64,000 nucleotides of DNA from Camelus dromedarius (Eukaryota), in contig NC_087436.1 in assembly GCF_036321535.1 (NCBI RefSeq), positions 16,926,001 through 16,990,000 on the forward strand, written 5' to 3'. Shown piece after piece: positions 25,291 through 39,584 of the stretch (its first letter is position 1; every line of letters begins with the position of its first letter). The translations under genes were made by a program, and so were the position numbers. Below the pieces are notes generated by a model. It was not told the origin of the DNA. It was given only the letters and a program-made list of their open reading frames with translations, and ran no database searches.

Positions 25291-26329
25291 AGCAAAATAT
25301 AGTTATAGAATTTTACCAGATCACTCTAATGATTCACATATATCATATATATAAATATATAGAGACATATAATATATGTCATATATACATACCATATATA
25401 TAATATAATTTAACTTAATTATAGTATTTTCTGATATTGGAGAGAATTGTAACATCATCCATAACTTCTGGGACAAAAACGGGTCTAGAAAACTTGGAAA
25501 GTAAGAGTGGGTCCAAGATGACAGTGAAAAGGTGAGCTCAACAAGGAAAATGTTGACTTTCTAGGCAGAGGTAGAATTTGAGATGAAAAGAATAAGAAGC
25601 ATTATTAAAGAGTCAGAGCAAATGTGGATTGTTGCCTTTGATTTGGTTAAAAAACGTGTTATGATCATGGATTTTCATTTTTATTCCGCCATCGGCATGC
25701 TGCTTTGTATGTTGGACAGCTGCTCTGTTGATACAGTTAATGTTGTTGTGCTTGTTGTCAAAATGCTGGTGGGGCAGGCCTGTGATGCACGTGTGGTCCG
25801 GTTTCAGACTGAGCCTGTGTGCAGAGTTGCTGTTGGAGGAATTCTTGATAGACTTTCTGCTCTAGAGGCTGCACAACAAACCACTGGGTAGTTGTCAGCA
25901 CTGTAGCCATCCCTCCACTGGGACACTTTCATAGTCCTACTGTTTGGTTGGCACTTGAGGGCTTGTGGCTGTAGACGGCATCTGCTAGAATGTCAGTCAC
26001 TCTAAGAAAACTCAAGAGACTATACAGTTTCCACCATTTCCTGTGAAATGCTCCAGTTTGGGTTTATTTAGAAATAATTAAGTAACATTGAGTTATATCA
26101 GTCATAAGGAGACTGCAGAGATTGCTCCATTTAACTATCAGCATTATTTATTTCCACCATTCGAAATATTCTTTTCCTTTTAAAGTTTTTATGTTGTTTG
26201 TTTGCATATGTTCTGCTTTAAGTTAATATGATCCAGAAAAAAACATAGACACAAAAACAGTGTTTACCTCAATGTTATGCTTCTAAAAATTACTGACTCA
26301 GGACAGTGAATTGGGGGAAGAGTGTGACA

Positions 26330-27520
26330 AAATTAGAGAAAGAACAACTAGTATGCTTTTTCAGTAGTTCAGTGCATAATAGTATTGGCTTGGGGTAGGA
26401 TTGGAGAAATGGACAGTAGATAGGACATTGGATTTAATTGGATTTGGAGATAAAGGAGAGGGAGGAATCAAGAATGGTTCCTAGATTTTTGCCTTGGGCA
26501 ACCTGATGGATGGTTGTGAAATACAGAACTTCAGAGGAAGAGTGCATAAGAGAAGGGGGGAGGAAAGAAAAGGAGATAGAGTTTAGGTTTTAAACCTGAG
26601 TTTAATGCGCCTGTGGAACATCCTTGAAATGTCTGGGATGCAATTGAACATGTGAGTCTAAAGTTTAGAAGGAAGATGGGGCCAAAAGGAAACATTTGGG
26701 ATCCAGTAATAGTTCTTAAACTCTTTTCACCTTAACACACCTGAAAAAGAATGTAAAACTCTCTCACTCATAAAAATAGTTCTATTTGGCAATAGTTCTT
26801 ATTTTATCTCTGAGAAATCTCTTTCCCCAGGTGACTGAATGGCTCCTTTACTTCATTCACGTGTCTGTTCATTGTCACACTATGAAAGAGCCTGCCCCGT
26901 GCTACCCTATAAAAAATAATACCTACCCTAGTTCCTCCCTATTCCATTTAAAACACTTTACTGCTCTTCATACCACTTACTGCCAAGTACATACCTATTT
27001 GTTGACTGTGTTATTCCTTCCATCAGAATGCAACACACTGAGACAGGGATTTTGTCTTTCCTGTTCACTAATCTATCCACAAAGACTAGAACATTTCTGG
27101 CACATGTTTTTGAATAAATTATTTTCAACATGATGGAGGATGTGTAATAAATAACATATTGGGAAGAGAGGATGTGAAATTTGGAAAGTCTTCTTCTGGA
27201 CATTTTGATTTGGCTCCCTGACCAAAGATGCCCTCCTGTACTCTACCTCATCCATAGATTTGAGAATCATTATTAGTGATACTGTCTGGAGCCACTGGAA
27301 TTGATGTCATTGTCCAGATAGAGTCTATAGAGTAAGGAGAGAAGCATGGAAAGGTAAGAGTGGGAAAGACCAATCTCAGAGGGCAGGCAGAGGTGAGGAT
27401 TCCACAAACAATGAAGCAAAAGCTAGAGAGATATGAAGAAAACCAGAATACGCTAGATCAAGGAAGTTCAGACACAGTACAAGAAGAGAGTTGGGTCCAT
27501 GATTTCCAGTGCTGCTAGGA
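26330..27520 (-). mobile_element. L2 fragments (minus strand) with an opposite-strand L2 3' end nested at about 26790-27130
   Basis: Purine-rich L2-like blocks (gagagggaggaatcaagaatggttcctagatttttg) flank a pyrimidine-rich L2 3' end (cagaatgcaac..gacagggattttgtct..ctggcacat). Confidence 0.55.
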
Positions 27521-30268
27521 ATGAAGTCCTAAGCAAAAATAGGTAAAAGATATGAACCAGTACTTCATAGTAGGAGAAACATAAATGGCTAGTAAACATG
27601 AAAAGAGGCTACTCTTGCTAGTAATCAAAGAAATTAAGTCCCAAGTATCATATAATAGTGGACTTCTCCAAACAAGCAATCATTCATTATTTAAAAAAGA
27701 AAGATATGACCATACCAAATAAAAAGCAAACTTGAAATGCATATTGGAAAAAAAAGTTTAAATCCTGATGTGTAAGTATGATACATTTTTCCTTTAAGTC
27801 AACATGAATTGGAAAATTATAATCAGTAATTTATGAGTCTTTTATTCTAATATTGCTGTTGTAAATATCAATCTGTACATTTTTTTTGGATTTAATTCTA
27901 TCTTGAGAAACATTTTAGAAATATGGGGGAAAACTTACATACAGAAATGTACATACCATCACAACTGAGGCATATTTCCATATGGAAGACTGGTGGAGAG
28001 GCATGCTGTAGTAACCACAAAGAGGGACCATTGCAATTTTCTCTCACCCAACTTCTTAACCATGGAAAACTCCTAGGTCACTTTCCGAATGCCTCGGATC
28101 TGAGAAGTGTTCTTCATAAGGTGTGTCCACAAAAAAGGATTTAGTAAATTTGTTGGGAAAACACTCAAATTGGGTTTGGTCGCTGCCTAATGTCCTTGCT
28201 CTCTTAGCAAATGTCATCATTCCACTAAGCAGCATTCTAAGCTGGAATCTTTTGGCTCATATTCTAAGGATACAATTAAAACAGTGTTTGATTCTTAGTT
28301 ATAAGCCAAAGAAACCTACTGACAGATTTAAGCAGAAAGGCACTGAGTAGAATATTGGGCAGAGGTCTGAAGAACTAAGCTCAGAAGCATGAAGGGAATG
28401 ATGAAGGCTAGCCTAGATAGTGCCCAGGACTCTAGCCAAATCCTGCACAGAGTCTGATGCAGATGCTGAATCCTGGGTATTACTGCCTTCACAAATGCTA
28501 CCCTTGAAAAGTGGATTCTTGCTCCATGGTTACTCTGCCACACAAATAGATTTCCCACTGTTTCACTTTTAAAAGCATTATTAGTTTCAATTCAAAGCCT
28601 GATGCTGGTGTGGATAATGGATGAAGCTTTGTCACATGTCTGCATCCTAGCAACAGAGGAGGCTTGGGTCATAAGCATCTGATTTGTGGCTTCAAATTGT
28701 AGGAGGTGAGTTCTGCCTCCTACTAAGTTTCATACAGTGGGGAATGCTCCAAAAGTGTGAACAATCCATTATTTAAAACAAAACAAAACAACAAGAGTCT
28801 ACTGGACAAAAGGCAGTTAAAAATACACATTATAAACTTTTATTGAATATTGAAAGACATTAGCAAACATTCAGAATCTGCCTGATTCTGATGGAATTCA
28901 GATGGAGGGATAAAGGAGAAGAGGGAAGTAGTGAAATTGTGCTAATTTATTTTTTCATTCAGGCAAAATAAGAAATATTATTTCATTGATAATATCAATA
29001 AATTAAGAAATATAGACTGAAACATTACATTTTAAAATTTCAGAGAAGAACCACGAAATTAAGCAAAGACAAAGAAAAATAAAATGACAGAAACAACCTT
29101 TAAAGAATCATACAAAACAGAAAATAAATGTCAAGAGCAAGAACACTCATAAGTGTTATAAAAAATAAATATACTAGGGAATAAACCAAAACAAAAATTT
29201 ACAGAATGTGTGAAAAATATAAAATGCAAGTAAATTAAGAGGAATATAGTGTGTAGTTAAAAGTGTGGGTTCTGGAGTGTCCTTGTTTTGATTTCAGAAC
29301 CAATTCTGCAACTTACTAACTATAGGACCTTGGGAAAGTTATTTAAAGATTTTATGCTTCAGTTTTTTTTTTCTTACTTGTATAAAGTATGCAAAACACA
29401 TGAAAGGAAAGCTGACTCAGAGGAAAATTCATAAACTTAACTACATTCCTAGCAAAATGAAAATAGATAATTTAAATCTTTAATTTAAGAAGTCAAGGAG
29501 GGAAAATAAATCTAAGGAATTAAAAAAGATGAGTAGAGAAATTAATGAGCTAGAAAATGTAAAATGTAAAAATAATTAAATTGATAAATAAAATGGAACT
29601 GGCTATTTAGAAAAGAAAACAAGCCTGCAATAGATGAATTTTTTATACTTTAATTTTTAAAAGTCTACTGTAGTAGAATGTAGAAAATGCATATGCAGAA
29701 AAAATATAGTCACAGATGAAAAGTAAACTGATAAAATTTGCGCATATGCTGAAAAGGGTTAATTTCTTTAATATTCAGGTTCTAGAAATCAGGAAGTAAA
29801 ACGTGAAAAAAATTCAGTGGAAAATAGGTAAAAGACATACATATACTATTTTCAAAAGAAAACACAAGTATTTGAGCTCTCAGAGTGGATAGCTTAGGCA
29901 AGAATCATCCATTACAGAATAATGCCTTACCAGATTTTTTTTTTCTGGCTAAGTGGGCTACATATTATAGAAATCTGGATACCAACCTAGGGAAGCTTCT
30001 ATAAAAGTTTATTATTGAAACCTCTACTCTACAGGAAGTATGAGTATGTGATGACAGAGCAACTCAACATTGAAACTCTCTGAACTTTAGGGAAATTATC
30101 CCACTCTATAATGCATGTATTTAACCAGCCTAGCTTAGAAACATAAATAAATACATCCGTAATCTAAGAAACTGGGTGAGATTGATGAAATGAAAGGTGC
30201 AAAATTAGATTAAATTTACATAGGAAAAGTATATATGGAGTTCAGCTGACCATACTACTGTTTTATAG

Positions 30269-30413
30269 GCTTTGTATCATGGACCAGATTTGAGAGCAGT
30301 TATAAACAAGTATTGCAGACTAATCTACCGTGTTAAATATCGACTTGGTCTTTGGAGGACAAGACAAATTATAAACCTTGCAGAGCTAGAGGAATGGATG
30401 GACAGAAAAAAAT
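30269..30413 (+). CDS. IQCM: IQCM internal coding exon C (145 bp, phase 0 to 1): ALYHGPDLRAVINKYCRLIYRVKYRLGLWRTRQIINLAELEEWMDRKK
   Basis: Acceptor TTTTATAG at 30268 and donor AAT|GTAAGT at 30414. Contains 48 open codons plus 1 nt, phase-compatible with both neighbours. It is absent from the ORF track and was found by manual translation. Confidence 0.9.
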
Positions 30414-31196
30414 GTAAGTGATGCTGTCATTTCTGGTTTGATTTTAGGTTTGGAATTAACTTAACCACTGGAAATTTATATATAATTTACAAATAATTAC
30501 CTATGGACACCAAAAGTAGACCAGATTTTTCTTGCTGAATCTTGTTGCATCTTAAGCTGACATATTTTTTATTTTGATTAATTTATAAAAGATCTTGTGC
30601 TTATAAGCAACAGAAAAATCATTCTGGCTGACCAAACCAAAAAAAAAAAAAAAGAAAGAAATTTAAAGGAAAGATAGAAGAAAGATAGCTAAAGAATCAG
30701 ATTTCCATTAGAACATGAACCAGAGCTGCTCCAGAGATCTAGAGAGCAAAAAATAAGGGGCAATCTCTGTTTACTTCTGAGTGCTAGATAAACTGATATC
30801 ACTATATATATCACTTTGTTATTAAGCTTTAAATTTAAATTCTGAGAGAGCACCTGATTGGTTTAGGTTGAGTTATGTGTCCAGCACTTTGCCATGGGAG
30901 GACAGAATTTGCTTGAGAGTTGCAGAGAAGCTATATCCATTAAGGGGATGGGTAGCTTCCTGAAGGAAAACTGCATATTGATAATAAAAGAATATTAATG
31001 GACACTCAACCGACTAAACAACAGATATCCATTACATGTTGCTTATTAGTGTTGAAATTCTATGCACAGAACAAGTTTCCTAATTTGTATCTTAACTTTC
31101 AGAGATCTTGATTTTTATTATATTCAATGAATTTAGTATTGCTTAAGATTAGGATGGCTATTACAGCCAGTTATTTTATGAAAAAATAAGTAAAGG

Positions 31197-34100
31197 ATTC
31201 TGGTTTCTGCTTCCACATGTAAGGAGCTTGGAAGTCACTACTCCATCTTAACAGTAAAAAAGCTAAACAGACTAAAAAATCAGCAGCTCTTCTTGACTCT
31301 ATAAGAGAGGGAAGAACACAGGACAAAATGCTGCTGTCAAGATTGGAGACATAGACATGCAAATACAGGGAAATACAGGTTACCAGAGCAGAGACTCAGG
31401 AGCAGGAACTGATGGGAGAACGGTCCTGGGGTAGGAAAAATGAACTGTAAATGATGAATTGCTGGAGGCTCAATGTGGACAACTCTGAGAGTTAAACATT
31501 CAAAGGGGACCAGGTCATAGTGGGGCCTCCATAATACTGTGATATTGACAACCAGGAGCTCAACCAGATTCCCACAATAAATATGAGAAAATGAACCATT
31601 TTGAAATATGCCAGAGCACTCCATTCTTAACAAGGCTTGCCTTCAGGAGAAAGTGATTAACCAGAGCTTAACCTGCTAGGTATTATCAGAGCCTAATGAA
31701 CCTGGGAAAGAGAAAAACTCAACTCCAGTCCACTCTGACCAACTTCTCCCACCCAAGAGGAGAGAAAAAACCAAAAATGCTTGTGAAATTCACAGTTCAG
31801 AGACATAAGCTCACTAAGAGACTAAGACTTAATCATAAGGCTTTAGAACACTTTCTCTCCCCCAACACCTTATCACCATATTACTAAAGGCTTTTTTATA
31901 CCAGTTCCTTTTACCTAGTATATCATGTCTGGCTGTCAAGGAAAAATTACAATGTATTCAAAAACACAGTTTATAAAGACAAAGCAAACATCAGAACAGA
32001 CATGGCAGTGATGTTGGAATTATCAGACTGAGGATTTAAAACAACTATGATTGCTATGCTAATTGTGGATAAAATAGACAGCAAACAAGAACAAATGGAC
32101 AATGTAGGCAGAGAGATGGAAACCCTAAGAAAGAACCAAAAAGAAATGCTAATGATAAAAAAACACTGTAACAGAAATGAAGAATGCCTTTGATGGGCTT
32201 ATTAGTAGATTGGACATGGCTGAGGAAAGATTCCCTGAGTTAGAAAATATATCAATGGAATCCTTGAACACTGAAAATCAAAGAGAGAAAAGACTGAAAA
32301 AAAAAAAAGAAAAAAAAGAACAAAACATCCAAGGATGGTAGGGCAATTACAGAAGGAGTAACTTATGTATAATGGGAATACCAGAGGGAGAAGAAAGAGA
32401 GAAAGGAGCAGAAGAAATATTTATAACAATAATGACTGAGAATTTCCCCCAAATTAACATCAGACATCAAACCAAAGATCTAGGAAGTCCAGAGAACACC
32501 AAGCAGAATAAATTCCAAAAAACTACACCTAGGCATATAATCAAATTACAGAAAATTAAAGATAAAAAAATTCTGAAAAAAACACCTTGCTCGTAGAGAA
32601 AAAAAATAAGAATTACATTTGACTTATCCAAAGCTGTACAGGAATGAAGAATGGCATGAAATAGTTAAAGTATTGAGAAACAGACCACCAACCTGTAATT
32701 CTGTACCTTGCAAAAATTATCCTTCAAAAGTGAAGGCTTTCTCAGACAAATAGAAATTGAAGCAATTTGTTGCCAGTAGATCTGCCTTGCAAAAAACTGC
32801 TAAAGGAAGTTTTTTAGAGAGAGTATTTTAGAGTAAATAATATAGGTCAGAAACTCAGACTATATGAAGTAAAGAAAAGCACAGAAGACATAAAATATAA
32901 GAGAAGAAATAAGAATAAATAAAATATTTATTTTTCTTATTGCTAAGTGATTTACAGATAACAATTTATTCAAAATAATACCAACAATATGGTCAATTAT
33001 AATATACATATATAGCTTATGTATAATTATATATGCTAATATATGTATGCTTATAAATAAGTGAAGTAATGACAACAATTACACAAGGGATGAGAGGTAG
33101 AAATTAGGATTATTTTGTTATTGTAAAGTATTTGCATTACCCATGAAGTAAGATAGTGTTATTTGAAAGTGGATTTAGATTAGCTGTAAACATGTACTGT
33201 GAACTCTAAGGCAAGTATTTAAAAAAAAATTATAATAGATATGCTATGAAATAAGTGAAAATTAAATCATATAAAATGCTCAAGTAAAACTACAAAAAGC
33301 AGAAAAAAAATAGAAGATAAAAACAAAAACAAAGAACAAGGGTAACAACCAAGAACACTATTGGATATAGTAGATATGAATCAAGCTGTATCAGTAATCA
33401 CTTTGAATGTTAAATGATATAAAGGCACCAATTAAAAGATAGACATTGTCAGAGTAGATCAAAAGACACAATCCAATTATATGTTGTCTACATGAAAACC
33501 ATTTTAAATATAAAGACATACCTAGATTAAAATTAAATGGATGGAGAAAAATGCATCATGTTAATACTAATCAAATGAAAGCAAGAGTATCTGTATTAAT
33601 TTCAGACAGAGCAGACTTCAAATTAAGGAAAATTATCAAGGATGAAGAAGTGCATTACATAATGATAAAGGGGTCATTCTCCAAGAAGACATTAGCAGTT
33701 CTAGTTGTGTATGTGCCTAACATAGCATCAAACTATGTGAAGCAAAAACTGATGGACCTGCAAGGAGAAACAGATGAATCCACTATCACAGTTGGAGACT
33801 TCAGTGCTCCACTATAAGAAATAGACAGGTCAAGGAAGCAGAGTAGTACACATAGTTGACCTCAACAGTATCATCAGTCAACTGGATATAACTGACCTCT
33901 CTAAATTTCTTTATCCAACAGCAGTAGAATACATATTTTTCTTAATGTCACAAGCAACATTTACCAAGATAGGCCATACTCTGAGCCATAAATACACCTT
34001 AACAAATTTAAAATATTGGACACCATACAATGTCTACTCTAAAACCACAGTGAAGTTAAACAGGAAATCAGTAACAGAAAGATAACTGGAAAATCCCAAA

Positions 34101-37100
34101 ATACATAGGGGTTAAACAACAGATTTCTAAATAACACGTGAGTCACAGAAGACATCTAAAGAGAAACTGAAAACATTTTGAACTAAATGAAAATGAATAT
34201 ACAACTTATCAAAATTTGTGGGATGCAGAAAAAGCAGTGTTTAGAGGGAAATTTATAGCACTGAATGTATATATTAGAAAGGAAGAAAGATAGATCTAAA
34301 ATCAATAATCTAAGTTTTCACTTGAAGAAACTTGATAAAGAAGAAAAAGTTAATCCAAAATAAGTGAAAAGAAAGAATAAGAATTAGAGCAGAAATCGAT
34401 GAAATTGAAAACAGGAAATCAATAGAGAAAAATCAATGAGTCCAACATGTGGTCTTTTGAAAAGATCAATAAAATTAATAATCCTTAGCCAAACTGACTA
34501 AGAAGAAAAGAGAGAGGGCACAAATTATTAATATCAGAAATGAAAAAGGGGACATTGCTAAAGATCCTATGGATATTAAAATGATGATAAACACATCTAT
34601 GCACAACTTTTTATGCTCACATATTTGTTAACTTAGATACAATGGACCAATTCCTTGAAAGACAGAATCTTCTAAAACTCTCTCAAGAAGAAATAGACAA
34701 TGTGAATCGGTCTATATCTATTAATAAAATTGAATCCAAAATTAATAACCTTCCAAAATAGAAAGCACCGGGCCCAGATGGGTTCACTGGTGAATTCTAT
34801 CAAACATTAAGGAAGAAATTATACAAATTTTCTACCAGCTTTTTCCAATGTATAGATACAGAGGGAATACTTCTTAACTCATTCTATGTGGCTATCATTA
34901 CCTTAATACCAAAATTAAGTGAAGACAATATAGGAAAACTACAAACCAGTATCTCTCATGAATATCAAAACAAAAATACTCTATAAAATAGTAGCAAGTT
35001 GAATCCTAAAAAACATAAAAAGAGTTGTATGCCATAACCAAGTGGGATTTATCCCAGGTTTGCAAGGCTGTTTCAGTTTTCAAAAATCAATTAATATAAG
35101 CTATCACATCAATAGGCTAAAAATGAAAAATCACATGTTCATATCACTAAGTGCAGAAAAAGCAATTGACAAAATCCAACACCCATTCATAATAAAACTC
35201 TCAGTAAACAAGAAATAGAGAGGTACTTTCACAACTCGAGGAAGATTATCTTAAAAAACCTGCCGCTAGCATCATACTTAATTGTGAGTAACCTGAAGCT
35301 TTTCCTCTAAGATCAGATACAAGGCAAGGATATCCTGTCACCACTCCTTTTCAACATCATGCTGGAAATTCTTGCTAACACAGTAAAGGAAGAAGAGGAA
35401 ATAAAGGCATACAGATTGGGAAGGAAGAAATAAAATTATCTTTGTTTGCAGATTACATGATTGTCCATGTAGAAAATCTGAAAGAATTGACAAAAAACTG
35501 TTGGGACATAATAAGCTATTTATATCAAGGTCGCAGGATACAAAGATAATATATAAATGTTAATTGATTTCCTATATACCAAGGATGAACAAGTGGACTT
35601 TGAAATTAAAAACACACTAACATTAGCCCCCCCAATATAAAATACTCATGTATGAAGGTATCAGAATATGTACATGATCTCTATGTGAAAAATTATGAGA
35701 CCTTGATTAGCAAAATCAAAGAACTAAATAAATGGATAGATACTATGTGTTGATGGATAGGAAGACTCATTATTGTAAAGATGTCAGTTCTTCCTACTTG
35801 ATGTATAGATTTAATGCAATCCCATTCAAAATTTAGCAAGTTATTTTGTGGATATCAACAAAATGATTCTAAAGTTTATATGAAGAGGCAAAAGACCAGA
35901 ATAGCCAACACAATACTGAAAAAGAACAACAGAGTTGGAGTACTGATGCTACCTGACTTCAAGACTTACTATAAAGCTACAATTATTAAGACAGTGTAGT
36001 ATTGGCAAAAGAATATACAAATACGTCGTGGAACAAAATAGGGAGTTCAGAAACAGACCCCTGTAAATATAGTCAACCGGTCTTTGACAAAGGAGCCAAG
36101 GCAATGCAATAGGGCAAAGATAGTCTTTTTAACAAATGGTGCTAGAACAGTTGGGCATTCACATGTAAAACAATTAACTTAAACACAGACTTTATACATT
36201 TCACAAAAATTAACTCAACATGAATCACAGAATAAGTGTAAACGCAAAACTATCAAACTCCTAGAAGGTAACGTAGGAGAAAACCTAGATGATGCCTTTT
36301 TAGATACACCAAAGACAGGATTCATTAAAGAAATAATTAATAACCTAGACTACAGTAAAATTTTAAAGCTTTTGCTCTGTGAAAGACAATATCAAGAGAA
36401 TAAGAAGACAAGCCACATACTGAGAGAAAATATTTTCAGAAGACATATCTGATAAAGGACTGTTATCCAAAATATACAAGGAACTCTTAACACTCAACAG
36501 TAAGAAAACAGACAACTTGATTAAAATATGGGCCAAAGATCTCGACACTCACCAAAGATGACAGATCACAAGTAAGTGTAGGGAATGATGCTCCATGTCA
36601 TTTGTTGTCAGGGAAATGCAAATTAAAACAACAGAGATACCGCTACACACCTATTTGGATGGCCAAAATCCAGAGCACCAACAACACCAAACACTGGCGA
36701 CAATGTGGAGCCATACGAACTATCATTCATTGTTGAGGGAATGCCAAATGATGGCCATTTTGAAAGACAGTTTGGTGGATTCTTACAAAACTAAACATAC
36801 TCTTACTATACAATCCACCAATCATGCTTGTTGGTATTTACTCACATGAGATTTATACCCAAACAAAACCTGCATATGATATCTATAGCAGCTTTTAGTT
36901 AATTGCCAAGGCTTGAATGCAATCAAAATATCCTTTAATAGATGAATTGATAAATAAACTGTGGTAAATCCAGACAATGAAATATTATTTAACTCTAAGA
37001 ATAAATGAGCTTTGAAGCCATAAAAAGACATGGAGGAAACTTAAATGCATATTATTAAGTGGAAAAAGCCAATCTGAAAAGGCTTTATACTTTATGATTC

Positions 37101-37520
37101 CAGCTATCTAACATTCTGGAAAAGGCAAAACTGTGGAGAAAATAAAAATTCAGTGATTGCCAGGGGTGGGATGAGGTGGGTGGGAAGGATGAATTGGCAT
37201 GCACAGAGAGGAGTTTTAGGACAGTAAAACTATTTCATACAATACCACAATGATGGATAAATGTTATTATGTATTTGTCTAGACTCATAGAATGTACAAC
37301 ACCAAGAGTGAACTGTAAGGTGAACTATTGCCTTTAGTGATTATGATGTGTCAATATAGGTTTATCCTTGGTAGCAAATGCATTACCCTGGAGAGTGATA
37401 CTGATAATGGGGTTGTGGGGTGGCTATGCTTGAGTGTGGTGAGGAGATATATGGGAAATTTCTGGTACCTCCTTCTCAATTTCGTTTTAAATTTAAAACT
37501 ATTCATAAATTTTCTTTAAA
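31197..37520 (+). mobile_element. Near-full-length (about 6.3 kb) inactive L1MC-type LINE-1: 5'UTR, ORF1, inter-ORF spacer, ORF2, 3'UTR
   Basis: ORF1 remnant 32372..32596 (GIPEGEEREKGAEEIF..IMTENFP), endonuclease remnant 33551..33817 (ISDRADFK..IMIKGS..VYVPN..VGDFSAPL), RT motif FADY at 35445-35456 (normally FADD), remnant 35814..35999 (LPDFKTYYKAT), and an L1MC-like end (tatgggaaatttctggtacctccttctcaattt). Many stops and frameshifts. Confidence 0.93.
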
Positions 37521-38119
37521 GCAACAACAACAAAATGATGCAAATAAATTAATTTGATTGAAATCAGTCATTTATTGCCTTGTAATACCAAAGTGCTACA
37601 TTTTTTGGTAGTTTCAGCTAGCTATAAAATGTTTACTTTGCAGTGGACTGTACGTTCCATGAAGTCAAGAACTGTGTCTGTTATGATCATTAATATGCAC
37701 CTGCTATTAGCAAATGCCTGGTCTATCAGAAGGGCTCAAAAGTATTTTTTGAAAGGACAGTTTTTATTAAGTTTATTAGTTATTCTAAAATATGTTGCAG
37801 AGTATATACAAATAACCAGAATTCTTTGAGTTAGAATGCCTCTTTTTCTGTAGCTAGTGCTTGAGGAAGGAAGAAGTCAGAGAGAGAGAGATTCTATATA
37901 AGTCATGGAACTCAATCAGTTCACCCCGTCCAACAGCCTGATTTCCAGAGGAAAAAGAAGAAGGAGCAAAGTGTTTGGGAGATGAAAAGACTAGAAGAAG
38001 GAGGGAGAAAGAGAAAACAAATGAGAGAGGCAGAGAAAGAGAAAACCCTTCTTTCATTAGGAAGCTGCTGGGACTCCTTTTACTTAAAAATCCTTTGAAA
38101 AGTGAGGGAGAGTACAACT

Positions 38120-38490
38120 ATCTTATTTAGGAGTTAGTCCCAGGAAATACTGTTAGTAGAATGGAGAAGTGAGACAGGGAAGGGATGGGGGGGGGGGTAA
38201 AAGCAGATTACCACGTGGGCAACCTGAGCTTTATCCCTGTAGGGAGTAGTGTGGCCATCTTGCCTCAAGTGCTGGGTCTTTAGCCGCCAGCTTCCCCAGT
38301 CAGTTGTTAGGGGCTGCTCCGCTGGGAGCCTTAATTACCTGGCACTTCTGGCTGTGCTGGTGGACAGAGTGGAGTCCTGCAGCCAGAGGGAGCCCTTAGG
38401 CAATGAAATGCAGGTGCGGGCACTTGAAAGTCAGGTCAGCATGCCCAGAAATGTAAGGCAATATGGAAGGGGACACCAATAGCAACTGCT
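38120..38490 (-). mobile_element. Old ERVL-class LTR fragment (LTR16/LTR33-like)
   Basis: ttatttaggagttagtcccaggaaatac...gaagtgagacagggaaggga...cagcttccccagtcagttgttagggg ctgctcc...ggcacttctggc resemble recalled consensus blocks. Confidence 0.5.
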
Positions 38491-39584
38491 CTAATTTGCT
38501 TATTTGAAAAGAGAAAAAGTCATAGGTATGCTAAATAAAAATTTATGTTTATTTTCTGCTGTGTTTCAGAATCTTGAATAGCTACTCATATTCAGGCCAT
38601 CACTAAATATTTCTTGAACTTGTTGATGTCTCATGACTGTCCACTTCCACTGAATGAGTGAATGAATGGATAGAAAATTGAAGTCCATTGGTTGATTGCC
38701 AGGATGATACTTTAACTTCTGTTCGAAACCACTCTGATGCCCTTTGTCATTGGGAGCCCATATTTCAGAACTAAACCTGTACTGAGGCAGACCCTGCCCT
38801 TTTGCCAATGCTGATTAACAATCAGCTTCATGGGGCTTATCCATATACTTCAGAATGGCGAGTAAATACCACCTTTTGGGAAAAAAATGTTTATGGATAG
38901 CTACACTCAAAACATATATGTCAATTCTTTTGGTCATTATCTAACCACTGTTTAATGCCAAGTATGGGAGATAGGTGAGGGAAGGCCCACCTGAATGGTT
39001 TTCTGGGGAAACCTTGAGCCAGGAGTGGCAAAGGACCTTGAACTAGGAATACATGAAGTCAATGAGCAAAATGCAGATATAGTAAGGGCGAAATCAGGAG
39101 AAGAATAAGTGATCCAAAATGGAATCACCAATTCAATTAGTTAGAATGTGAGTAGAAGTCAAAAAGAGATGAAAAAATTAGGGAAACTAAAAAAATGAAT
39201 GCTGAAATGGGTCAACAGAACTCAGGCCCCCAGAAACCCTGACACTGAAGCCATGGCTTATGATGTGGTTGGAGCATTGATGGGTGCAGAGTCTATGGAC
39301 AACTGTCATGTAAATCAGGCCGGAGGATGCCAGTGTTCTCTTTAGAGAAGCAAGTCCAAATTTCACTCCAGTGGAATGTGGGAGGGAGGAGCATGCCCAC
39401 TTCCTTCTAACCTTCCCCAGGAGGCTGAGATAGTGCTGCTTTCATCGTGAGGCTTACCACCAGACATCAAAATAAAACCGGAGTTAAATCTTCTCCAAAT
39501 TGAGATGACAATTTCAGGTGGGGTGTGTACTTGATGTATTACTTACAAAGAAAATATTTTATTTTATCTTTTTTCTCCTTGTAG

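Noticed and set aside
32372..36849. L1 ORF1/ORF2 as functional CDS
   Set aside because: Fragmented by many stops and frameshifts, and the RT motif FADD is changed to FADY.
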